DNA of 64,000 nucleotides from the NCBI GenBank assembly GCA_002269645.1, contig NIVC01002879.1, positions 47,386-111,385 on the forward strand. The letters are read 5' to 3'. Under the pieces are notes generated by a model. It searched no databases and was not told where the DNA came from. It saw nothing but the letters and a program-made list of their open reading frames with translations. This document shows, piece after piece, positions 11,086 through 22,809 of the stretch; positions within the stretch are counted from its first letter, which is position 1, and each line of letters begins with the position of its first letter. The stretch is from Macrostomum lignano (Eukaryota). The position numbers and the translations under genes are program-made.

Positions 11086-12996
11086 TTACAGCACTGTGTC
11101 GCAGCTGTTGCTACCACCGCCTCTGTCCTGTGTAGTTGCTTTTCCCTTCCGTTTGTTGTTAGTTTTATTAATTTTTGTAGCTCGAACTGGCGGCTTCGGC
11201 ATTACGACGTACCCCGCGGAGTCGTCCGAGTCGCCAGTATTTTGAACTTTATCCTTGCAGTTCCTGTCGGAATGTTTGTAGCCTTCGACGTCGGCGCGGT
11301 CCTCGTAGGATTGGCGATTGTTTTTCGTCAGAGCGCGACAGCAACAGCAGAAAAGCCTTTGACATTCGAAACGGAAAGCTGTTCTCAGCCGCGGCAGGAA
11401 GGTGGCGTAGATCACCGGATTGACTACGGCGTTGATGTTCACTAAAAACAGCGTCACGTTGTAGAAAAACGACTGGTAGTTGTTCGCGATGATGTTAAAC
11501 GATATCAGAACGTAGTTAGTTTGATTAGTGACGAAGCACAAAACGTAGGCTGCTCCAGCGATCATGAAGGTCTTGATGAGCACTCGAGATGCGGCCAGTT
11601 TCTTTGATTGAGCATCCGACGGCAGGCAGAACCGGCTACGGCGTCTCAGCACTAGGATCATGCGGCCGTAGCAGAAGCACATGATCAGCAGCGGCAGGAA
11701 AAACTTCAAACTGTAGTTGATGACTCCGTAGGACAGAGCGACAGATGCAGAGATAAAGCCTGTGAGTGCGCAGCAGGTCCCGTAGCGACCTCCGCGACCG
11801 ACGTCCATGAAAATCTTCCACTGATGAGCGACGCCCAGGAACCACATCAGGATACAGGCCAGTTTCACCTTCCAGAGCTGACGCCGCACCATGGGCTTCA
11901 CGATGGCCAAGTAGCGTTCAATGGTGATCAGCTGGAGGTTGAACTGCGGACAAACGAGGGCGTTTTACTTTTGGCTTTCGAAGAAATTGCCTCGTGCATG
12001 CGCTGGAATTCTAATTAGAGGGGGCTGCAGCTCTCAGGAGCGCCAACTTTTGGTGTCTTGGTGAGCGCGCCCTGTCTCTTGGTGAGCGCGTTCTGTCTCT
12101 TGGTTGGCGCCCCTGTTTATTGGTGGGCGCCCCCTGTCTCTTGGTGGGCGCCCCCTGTCTCTTGGTGGGCGCCCCCTGTCTCTTGGTGGGCGCCCCCTGT
12201 CTCTTGGTGGGCGCCCCCTGTCTCTTGGTGGGCGCCCCTGTTTATTGGTGGGCGTCCCTGTGTCTTGGTAGGCGCGCCCTGTCTCTTGGTGGGCGCCCCT
12301 GTCTCTTGTCTCTCCTGTCTCAGGGGCGGCCCCCTGTGTATTGGTAGGCGCGCCCTGTCTCTTGGTGGGCGCCCCTGTCTCTTGTCTCTCCTGTCTCAGG
12401 GGCGGCCCCCTGTGTATTGGTGGGCGCCCCTGTCTATTGGTTGGCGGCCCCTGACTCTTGGGGGGGGGGGTGGCGTCAAATCCAAGCCCCATCAAAGAGG
12501 TGGCAAAAGTTGAGTTCCTGTCATTCGTCCAGCTTGGCTGCTTGTATCTGAAGGATTTTTAAGTAGAGTTATAGGGGGGAGGGGGGTTAAACAGTGACAA
12601 CACCGATAAACTTACGGTGCTGGCATTAATCAGCACCCACATAGCGCTCTGGGTGTACCAGATATGACAGACAATGCTGCCAATTAGGTTAGCTGGCACT
12701 CTATTCGGCAAGTAGACAGTTGACCATTTAGCACCAGCTACACAGTTCAGTATTAAATCAATGCTGGACTGGTTGATCACCAAAATCCTGGGATTTTTAC
12801 TCATGTGCATTCGATTCAATCCTAACAGCCAAATCACTGCGGCATTTAACAGGATGCCAGCGATAGACACGATTAGGTAAATCCAGGGTGCCAAGCTGCT
12901 GAACCAGTCGCTTTGATTAAAGGTGTCCGTGTACTCTTTCATGCACTGGATCGGCTGCAGCTCTGAGGAATTTGTCAGCCTGTCTGTGTCTGGCAT
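11086..12996 (-). CDS. Rhodopsin-like (class A) GPCR, orphan peptide-receptor type; exons 12996-12616 and 11943-11086 (~412 aa)
   Basis: Phase-0 GT-AG join gives ..NAST|FNLQLITIERYLAIVKP. TM1 GILLN, TM2 NQSSID, TM5 FFLP..CY and TM7 NPVIY are present. Confidence 0.92.
12040..12470. repeat. 21-bp minisatellite in the GPCR intron
   Basis: Unit GGTGGGCGCCCCCTGTCTCTT with variants. Confidence 0.92.
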
Positions 12997-13213
12997 GGCT
13001 TTGTTTCACTGAGCGATACAGACTGTTCAATCTCTGGGAAGCTGAGCTACCGCCTTCATCTTTGTTGCAGACTTTTTTATGTTTTAGTGCGATCTCGTGC
13101 TCTTCTTGCGGTATCGTCTGTTGGCTTGGGATTCTAAACCAATCAGGATGGAAGGAAAGACAAATACAAATAGTGTGAGCTTGTGATTCTGTCTCGGTGC
13201 ATGTTATGTGTAT

Positions 13214-13650
<437 letters not shown>

Positions 13651-14182
13651 CTTACAAACTGACTGATTGAATTTAAACCCTCAACGCAACAGAGTTAAAG
13701 CGAAATTGGCTCCATTTGTTCATGGCCTTGTTCGATTCAATGCATCAGAAAAGACCTCTCGGTACCTCATTGTTGGTCCTCTTCAGCTTGGTAACAGAAC
13801 TCTCAGAAAGTTCAAAGGACATGCTAGGTGAACTAAGGTAAAGTGTTGAACAATAAAATCCTAAGACCATGCAGCTGCGCGGATACGCAGCTTTTGAAGA
13901 AGCACCGATAGAACAAAAGCTTAAGCTGAACAAGCTCTCCGGGAGTAATTGGTGCTGCTTGTTCAGTGCGAATTTGCTGAACCTATGCACACGTGCATCG
14001 ATTTCTCCTCTGCCGATTGTTGCTTCAGAGTTAGCTGTAAGGAGAAAGGTCCTGTTGGTTGGGCTGCTGTTCTTGAAGACAACGACTATGAAACGCAAAA
14101 GTAGCTAATGAACTTAAATAATATTTACTGCGTGAACTAAAATAATATATTGCATAACAATAACCCATCACACATGTTATAA

Positions 14183-14468
14183 TGGCCAGATGTGCAGCCG
14201 ACAGCTCAGCCGCAGCTATTGCGCGGCGCATCTGAAGGCTGCGTACGGCTGTTCAGTCCAAGGACTGGGGGGGGGGGGGTCGCCACACACCCCAATTACC
14301 CCAGCTAATGCTGCTGGCACCCATTCTACAGCTGGGTGAACTGAAGCAATGCAGAGTGAAGGAGTGAAGTGCCTTGCTCAAGGACACAATTGTTCCGAGT
14401 GGGTCAAGAATCGAACCCTCGACCTTTTAGTCGCGAGTCCGACGCTTTGACCACTAAGCTGCGCACTC
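14183..14468 (-). mobile_element. tRNA-derived CORE-type SINE, copy 1
   Basis: Minus-strand head with B-box GGTTCGATTC; core GTGTCCTTGAGCAAGGCACT..CCCAGCTGTAGAATGGGT; closely matches the copies at 18.7 and 54.9 kb. Confidence 0.8.
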
Positions 14469-15039
14469 GAATTTTTTGGTCGACTACCTTCTCTCTGTCT
14501 TGAGGCCTTACCCTTTTACGTTGCTAGCATCATTTTCAATGAGCTTCTTTTATTTCAGCTTCAACAATGCGACATTGTTTGCCTTTGAAAACCGATCTGT
14601 GGATTGAAGGTTGCTAGCTTAAATGTGGCCAAAGAAATTTTTTCAGAGATTCGATTGCTTGCTGAGAAATGGAACATTTGACGATTTAAATACCGTATCA
14701 GTTATCAATCAAGCCTTATTTCATGGATAGAATGTGATATATCTTCCTCGATATTAAATGGAAAATGGAAAATGATCAAACCCTCTAAATTTAATTAGCC
14801 ACCAATTTAAAATTTGCTTCTCAACGATGCATATAGTTTTTACTAGGGTATATCGACTGCGGGGACCGCAGGTTTTTTATACACTCGTAACCTTAGATGG
14901 GCTACTCAGAGCGAGAACGCCGAGGTTAAGACCATAGACTATAGCTTCAGCTGCTCTCAAGCATTAGCAGCCGCAGCTGGTGTCTGTGGCCCAAACCCCA
15001 GGGGTTTGCGGAACCTCGGAGACAGCCACCAAATAGCTC

Positions 15040-15985
15040 TAGGTAATATGGCTTTTTCCAGCCCATTTGGGCCTATACGCGCATGGAATTTAACCATAAC
15101 TAGCGATCTGGAGTGGAAACGAGTTTTACCTCATGAGGCCACGCAAATTGATAAGATAAGGAGCCAGCACGGAATGTCTATGGCTCTGTCTGACTCTGTC
15201 TATGATAGTCTGGCCTAATGAGGTAAAAGTGAAAAAACTCATTGCCACTCCAGTTTGCTAATTATAGAACTCCTTGATTTAATCCAAGATGCGGTTGCCA
15301 ATGTAATGGAGCTTTTGTCTATGGTAGCAAGGCTGGCACTGCGGCATTTAATTTGGTCCAAACGCTCGTGAGCCATTCAGCCAACTCTTGCCTTCTCGCC
15401 TCTGCGGGCTGTTGCATACAGTTGGAATGTCAGCGTCTCTACCAACAATTTTTAGTCGCTTTTCTAGAGCTCTACTGATAGTCGAAATTTGATAACCAAC
15501 TGGAACTGTTCCTTCAGCTTCTGCTGCATTGTTGGCAATGTCAACAAAGGGTTTCTCAATTGCATCAAGTAGCAGTTGGACCGGAGGCTCTCGCAACTTG
15601 CCTTGGCGATTGCCACCCTTTCGCAGGCGATCTCTGCCGCCAGTGGTTTCAACGCGCTGATGAATGCTGTAAAGCATCTTCTCTTTTACATTCAGCAACT
15701 TTGCAATGTCCTTTGGGTGTTCACCTCTGTTCAGTGCTTCGATCACAAGCCAATGGCATTCGTTCGACTGCCCAGCACATGGTCCACAATTGTGGGGCAG
15801 ATCTTGCTCCACCGCAGCAGCTGCAAATGAAGCTATGGACCAAACTGATGCTTGTTGGACCAACTTACATGCCGCTGTGCCAGCCTTGCTACCATAGACA
15901 AAAGCTCCGTTACATTACGTTTCTTGGACTAAATTCTATGCGCGTAGCCCAAATGGACTGCAAAATGCTATATTATAATAGAATA
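15040..15985 (-). mobile_element. Tc1/IS630-like DNA transposon deletion derivative with long inverted repeats
   Basis: Inverted repeat 15277-15361 vs 15855-15935, continued by ~15043-15092 vs ~15929-15978. It encloses an HTH fragment (LVIEALNRGEHPKDIAKLLNVKEKMLYSIHQRVETTG..GGNRQGKL). Termini not resolved. Confidence 0.65.
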
Positions 15986-16324
15986 TGTGGCTGGGACAAC
16001 CCAGTCATAATCATGGTACAGAATTTACGCGGAATGCCAAATCGAGCGATTAATTTCCATGAAGCCGAATTAAAATTCTTGTGCACTACTCTTGTTGTGA
16101 AGTCTATGGCCAGTAGTATAAATTAGCGAAGAATAATTTAGCAAAGTCTCGCAGGCAGTCAGAGATCCTACTTGGAGGACCAAATGTAAAATTTTATCGT
16201 TTTTTCGTATTTTATCATCTGAACAAACCAAACACTCTGAAGAACTCCAGTTAAGCAGAATTCATTCGCATCATCAACAAACAACAGCTAAGCAGAATTC
16301 ATTCGCATCACAGTTAAACTACAG

Positions 16325-17445
16325 TTAAACAGCATTTAATCGCATCAGCTTCTTCCTCTCTTCAGCTCTCTTTATTCCTGTCGTACGCCCCCGCTTTCTC
16401 AGCTGAGCGAGCGTCCTCTGGCTGTTGCACCAGTGATGCAGGCGAAGTCTGGCAAACAACTTGGCCATTGCCTTAGCACAGCGTTCGCCGTGATCCGAGC
16501 TGTGCGTCTGAATATTTGCAAGAACAATGGGAAAGAACTTTTCCTGAAGCCGTTTGCTCACGTCCTTCAGAACGAACAGCTCTTTGTCCGTTGTCGTGAA
16601 GGTGCGCTCCATCTGACAGACTGCAGATATGACTGCCTTGTTGGGAATGATCAGATTTCCAGTCCCGCCCTGTCCGTTCTTGAGCTGCAGGAAGCGCATC
16701 TCTCCCGAGCCATCGCCTTTTAACGACTGCTGGCACTCCTCGCACTTTTCCTCAGATTTGAATAGCTTGATAGCTTGAAGACTTTCGCTTTCAGTTCTGG
16801 CAACACCGACATCACTCTCGACCCCATGCACGACTGGGTGCGATCCCGAGTCAGTCGTTTCTCGACACTTCGGAGGTGGCCGCTGCCGAGGCTCTGGAAT
16901 TTCCTTGTAAAGTTGAAGGCTTGGGTACGCACGGTCAGACAGCCTGGTGGATGTATCATGTCTGAGTCTTGGACATGAGTACATTTCATCTGTAAAATGG
17001 TGGCTGCACACAACGGCACACTTCCATTTGCCTTCATTTCTTTTTCCAAGAAGATCGGCTCGGAAAATGCGTCTGGCCCAGTCTTCGCATCTGAAAGTTG
17101 AATTTGCACCAGAATTGAAGCTTAGCCATGTTTTTAATTGTGTGAATTGCGATGCCAGTTGTACGAGGGGTATTTTTCAAAAGTTCGTAGACTTGGTTGT
17201 AGACTTAGTTCGTAGTCAAATGGCTCTTGACTGCTCCTTGGAAAACTTGGAGAATGGAAAATTTTCAAGGGCATATGTTTAAGGGGAGATGGCTTTTCTA
17301 CGAACTTTTGAAAGACCCCTCATAAAAAGTTTACTCACCTCTCGCGGCTTGACGGAAATCGATGAAATCGGGTGTCCGGAGGGCACTTGTAGGCATAGTT
17401 TGGGCATCCATAGGCTGCACACTGGAGTCTGGATTTTCCAGCCAT
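16325..17445 (-). CDS. THAP zinc-finger protein fused to a P-element/THAP9-like transposase C-terminal domain; exons 17445-17339 and 17090-16325 (290 aa)
   Basis: Exon 1 reads MAGKSRLQCAAYGCPN..RFHRFP. GTGAGT donor and TTTCAG acceptor (phase 2) give ERCEDWARRIFRADL..VVCSHHF..AYPSL, a complete C2CH THAP domain. The C-terminus CEECQQSL..LIIPN..MER..LFARLRLHH..RKKLMRL resembles the THAP9/P transposase tail. Confidence 0.85.
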
Positions 17446-18666
17446 GCTGCGCAGAAAAGCTCGGACTGAACTTCATTTTCATTTGAAAGCAAAGAATAAA
17501 AGTCGCTCTTAGAATAGTCTATGGCAAAAACTCAAGCCCTAATTATCAAAGCTTCACAACAAGAGTAGGCTGGTGTGATTTCAATTCTTGCACCGATTTT
17601 TTAAACAAAAATGCTCAAATCGGCATTCTGTGTATATTCTGTGAATCATGGTGAAAAATTGATTTTTGTTCCAACCAACCAACCAAATTGACTTCGATTG
17701 AATTTGTTTAATTGTATAAGGTAGCAAAATAAATTCTTCACAACACTATTCAGCGTCAAATTCAAAACAGAGTTGTGTTGCAGGTAGTTTCTGTTTCTCA
17801 ACATACACTTTAATTATTTCTTTGCAAAGCGACCAGAAATTTTTTCCATGAAACCAGCTAGATGTAGCTAGATGTTCTGCAACTGTACTTAGTCACGTTA
17901 TTCTATCATTGAACTTTGAGTCATAACAGCGATTCAATCATTGAACTTCAATTATAAGACTCCCGTGTGTCTATCAGATAGAATACAGAATCATCATACA
18001 GGCTTAAACGTGACTCAGTGGAAGTCGCAAAAGTTTCTGGAAAAAATCCAATTTCGCTGCTCAAATCAAAGTGACTGTTGAAATAATGGCAAGAAAATAA
18101 TTTAGCTCATGAGCACGGTTGCATGCGATGCTTCTGTTTGCGTGACATCCTTTTGCGTATTTTCTGGCAGCTGGGTCTGGCAGCTCAGTCCTCAGGAAGA
18201 CGAGCTCCGATGTTTTTTAACCTTTCATGTAATTTCGCCTTTTTACTCGTAGAGCTCAAAAAAGACAAAGTATCGAAAATCTGATGGGTTGATTTTCCTA
18301 GCGGAACTGAACGCTGTTGAAGTTGAAGTGGTAAAATCATAACATGTTTTTGTTTATACGAGTGCGCAGTTGACTGCGAGTGCAGCTCACCAGTCTTAAA
18401 TAACACATTTAGCAGGGCACCTATCATCACCTATATAGTAGTCGTATGCACATGCACTCGTACTCGTAAGGCGTAACGCCTTCCGCGACATACATCCGCA
18501 ACCATTCCGCTGTCTCCCTGAGCACATACAAGCGCACTAATACTGTGCACAGGAAAAGTAATAAACTCAATATAATTCCGCAAACTTTAAATTTTAATTG
18601 CAGACTTATTACTGCAACTAAACTTTAAACAACGTAAATCAAATGAATTTTCAAAGTTATCATGCC

Positions 18667-18973
18667 AATAATAATAATAATAATAATTGATTACACCTGC
18701 CCTTATGGGCAGATGTGTAACAGCTAGCTCAGCCGCAGCTATTGCGCGGCGCATCTGAAGGCTGCGTACGGCTGTTCAGTCCAAGGACTGGGGGGTCGCC
18801 ACACACCCTCAATTACCCCAGCTAATGCTGGCACCCATTTTACAGCTGAGTGAACTGAAGCAATGCAGAGTTAAGTGTCTTGCTCAAGGACACAAATTGT
18901 TCCAGTGAGACCGGGAATCGAACCCCCGACCTTTCAGTCGCGAGTCCAACGCTCTATTCAATATGCTACAACC
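18667..18973 (-). mobile_element. tRNA-derived CORE-type SINE, copy 2 (full length, (ATT)n tail)
   Basis: A-box-like head, B-box GGTTCGATTCCC, CORE-like GTGTCCTTGAGCAAGACACTTAACTCTGCATTGCTTCAGTTCACTCAGCTGTAAAATGGGT, and an (ATT)n 3' tail. Confidence 0.85.
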
Positions 18974-19693
18974 CCCTCATGTCTCATGCCAAACAAGGAC
19001 TACTATAAATTTCGCATGGAGCGACACAATAAAGAATGCGTAAATTCGGGTCAATCTTTGATCAAGCTTTATTGGTAGCAAAGAATTTTCAAGGGCGGGT
19101 TGGTTTTTTGGAGTCTGGATGCGGTGATCGGCCCACGAATTTGGCTACATTTTTCGAATTGTCTATGGTCAAAACAGGACTTCCAGAGAATGATCAGGCC
19201 ATTAAGCAGAGGTCATTACCGTGAAGTGACATTTCGATCAATGGCATAAATACGAGCGTACGTTAAATTTTTAGCTACGCTCCTATAGGTAGTTCAAATA
19301 GTGTTTTTTAAAATCAGCGTAAGTAATAGAAAAATTAATCATTTCTGCTAAAGTAGTTTTGATTTCGAATACGAATTTATTCAATCTCAGCCTAATAAAT
19401 CACTCAATCTTTGAAAAAAATCGCCAAGTTTTACAAATCAAACGGTTTCTTATGAGTAGCCAGCTCAAGTCTACCGACTTTAGTAGGGATTTAAGACACA
19501 TTGCAAAGATAAAAGAGGCTCGATTCTCTGCTGAAAAAATATTGCTTTATGAGTTCATTCGCAACTGTTGCATTTAAAAGTATGTTGTAAATTCTATACA
19601 GATATGACCATAGTTGCCAGCTGCTTGTCATCCAGACTACTCAATAAGTAGTTAACAGCGATTATTGACAGATTAGCGATCAGTGAAAATTTT

Positions 19694-22622
19694 TCACAAC
19701 CGACTGGTGGCAGAGGCGGTGGCGGCGACGGCTGCGGCTGCAGAAGCGGCCTGCCAGTCTTTGACTGCACTCACGGGATAGGCGGGACTGTTCTCAATCA
19801 CCATCAGCTCGGGATCACGACGACCGCTGGAGCCGGTTCTGTCCAACGTAGAGCTCCCCATCGCTGGGTTGCTAAGCAACAGCTCGCCAAGCAGGATGGC
19901 GTAGGGAATCTCGCACAGCAGGCTGGTTAAATGAACAAACACCGTTGCTACTAGCAACCAGAATGCGAAGCCTCGACCAACTTCGGTGACCTCCTCGGGT
20001 CCCAGCGGGCTGCCAGCTCGGGCGAACTGCGCCAACGCGGCGTTGAGGCCCTCCGGTTCAGCTGCCAGGCGCTTCATACCGATCTCGCCAGAGGCGAGGC
20101 ACAGGATCTGGGTCACCACGGCGGTCAGCTGGAGTCCCGCGTCAGCTGACACTGCGCGAAATGAGACCCGCAGCCGGGTTGACAGCACAACGGCCAGATG
20201 GCAGACCAGACTGCAGAGCGACAGGGCAAGGGACAGGCCCAGGGTCACCGCCGCGGTGTGCCACTCGATTCGGTCTGGTGGAGATTGACAAACAGGGTTT
20301 CTGTAGGTTGCAACCTCTTTTCAGTAAGTTTCTGTTGGTTGCAACCTCTTTTCAGTAAGTTTCTGTAGGTTGCAATCTCTATTCAGTAAGTTTCTGTAGG
20401 TTGCAATCTCTATTCAGTAAGTTTCTGTAGGTTGCAATCGCAATTCAGTAAGTTTCTGTAGGTTGCAATCTCTTTTCAGTAAGTTTCTGTAGGTTGCAAT
20501 CTCTTTTCAGTAAGTTTCTGTAGGTTGCAATCTCTTTTCAGTAAGTTTCTGTAGGTTGCAACCTCTTTTCAGTAAGTTTCTGTAGGTTGCAATCTCTATT
20601 CAGTAAGTTTCTGTAGGTTGCAATCTCTATTCAGTAAGTTTCTGTAGGTTGCAATCGCAATTCAGTAAGTTTCTGTAGGTTGCAATCTCTTTTCAGTAAG
20701 TTTCTGTAGGTTGCAATCGCAATTCAGTAAGTTTCTGTAGGTTGCAATCGCAATTCAGTAAGTTTCTGTAGGTTGCAATCGCAATTCAGTAAGTTTCTGT
20801 AGGTTGCAATCGCAATTCAGTAAGTTTCTGTAGGTTGCAATCTCTATTCAGTAAGTTTCTGTAGGTTGCAATCGCAATTCAGTAAGTTTCTGTAGGTTGC
20901 AATCTTTATTCAGTAAGTTTCTGTAGGTTGCAATCTCTTTTCAGTAAGTTTCTGTAGGTTGCAATCTCTATTCAGTAAGTTTCTGTAGGTTGCAATCTCT
21001 ATTCAGTAAGTTTCTGTAGGTTGCAATCGCAATTCAGTAAGTTTCTGTAGGTTGCAATCTCTATTCAGTAAGTTTCTGTAGGTTGCAATCTCAATTCAGT
21101 AAGTTTCTGTAGGTTGCAATCTCTATTCAGTAAGTTTCTGTAGGTTGCAATCTCTTTTCAGTAAGTTTCTGTAGGTTGCAATCGCAATTCAGTAAGTTTC
21201 TGTAGGTTGCAATCTCTATTCAGTAAGTTTCTGTAGGTTGCAATCTCTATTCAGTAAGTTTCTGTGGGTTGCAATCTCTATTCAGTAAGTTTCTGTAGGT
21301 TGCAATCTCTATTCAGTAAGTTTCTGTAGGTTGCAATCTCTTTTCAGTAAGTTTCTGTAGGTTGCAATCTCTATTCAGTAAGTTTCTGTAGGTTGCAATC
21401 GCAATTCAGTAAGTTTCTGTAGGTTGCAATCTCTATTCAGTAAGTTTCTGTAGGTTGCAATCTCAATTCAGTAAGTTTCTGTAGGTTGCAATCTCTATTC
21501 AGTAAGTTTCTGTAGGTTGCAATCTCTATTCAGTAAGTTTCTGTAGGTTGCAATCTCAATTCAGTAAGTTTCTGTAGGTTGCAATCGCAATTCAGTAAGT
21601 TTCTGTAGGTTGCAATCGCAATTCAGTAAGTTTCACTCAGTCTCTTAACCTCCTACTGCTATGTCGAGAAGTCGCCCAATAAAAGTACGCGATATGATTC
21701 GATCTTTACCAGTTGCCAGCAATGCTCCTAGAGGAGTATTCTTGGAGTTGCTTCTACCGATCAAACGGGAAGAGGCAGGAATTTCCTGCAGGCTGAGAAT
21801 AACTTTTCTATCCCACTTCGAACCTCCACTTCTCAGCAAGTGGAACTTTGTGACTATTAGATTTTTTGCCGGGAATTTCTCGGCGTAACTCGAAGCCCCA
21901 CCAGTTTTCATATGGCCATTGCTGGTGCAATAAAATCAGCTTCATCAACTTGCTCAGCTGTGCTTATACCCTGAAAACTCCCTGCTTTGGAGTCTCTCAC
22001 TCGATCTTTTTTTTCTTTCGTATACTCAATTTCGCGGTTTCCCTTCTAATTTCTTGTCACTCACATTCCTCCGTTTCTCCTTTCACCTCTCCCTCTCAAT
22101 CTCATCCCCCCTCTCCCTCTCACATCCCTCTCACCCCTCTTTCTCCCTTTCCTTCTCAACTCTCACCAAGCTCACCAATCTCTCCCTTTCCCTCTCAACC
22201 TCACCCTCCTTTTCACTCCTCCTCTCCTTCTCCCTCTCAATCTCCCTCTCGATCTCCCCTCCCTCTCAACTTCTCCCTCCCTCCAACCCTGCCTCTCAAT
22301 CTCAATCTCCCTCTCCCTCTCAATCTCCCTCTCAACCTCACCCTTGCGGATCTCCCTATCGGTCTCCAGCCTCACCGTGCACCACAGCGCTGCCAGGAAT
22401 GAGCACCCGTTTGCTTCTCTCGTCGGCGATGTCCAGCACCACCTGAGAGCTGAACACGCCGATCTGCCAATTGGCTCTGCGAATATTGCTGGCTGGATTG
22501 AGGCCGATGGCAACGGTGCAGAACTGCTGCACAATTCCGATGACCATGAGCAGGCAGTGACCAACCAGATTACTGACAGACGCTGAGAAGTACATTGCCC
22601 AGGCTACTTGGTTGAATCGCAT
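19694..22622 (-). CDS. Four-TM (claudin/PMP22-like) membrane protein; exons 22622-22376 and 20274-19694 (~275 aa)
   Basis: Phase-1 GT-AG join (VVH-G|AC-RIEWHTAA..) keeps the frame. Four hydrophobic segments and a W-x-x-G-V-F motif after TM1. Family assignment is inference, and an upstream exon is possible (acceptor at 22697). Confidence 0.65.
20296..21635. repeat. 31-bp minisatellite (~43 copies), intronic
   Basis: Unit ATTCAGTAAGTTTCTGTAGGTTGCAATCTCT. Confidence 0.97.
22070..22345. repeat. CT-rich low-complexity tract
   Basis: Direct inspection. Confidence 0.85.
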
Positions 22623-22809
22623 TGCTGATTTATTGATAATTTTTGCCGCTTTTAATGTCCAATCTGGATTGTTGCGTCTGCTGCTTTCCAACGATTCTGC
22701 AAATTGAAATTGAAGTAGTCTGATGTTATTGCGTAATTCTAACTGAGCGAGACTGTTTCAACTTGATGGGCAACTAGTGAGACTGAGGTGGGAAAGTGAA
22801 AATACGAAG

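Noticed and set aside
13745-14231. Short ORFs upstream of the GPCR
   Set aside because: No recognisable domain or consistent splice structure
14933-17523. CATAGACT/AGTCTATG as P-element termini around the THAP gene
   Set aside because: Only 8-10 bp of inverted match and no matching 8-bp TSD for any pairing
21645-21911. Middle exon of the tetraspan gene
   Set aside because: No acceptor gives an open frame in the required phase, and the flanking exons join directly in frame
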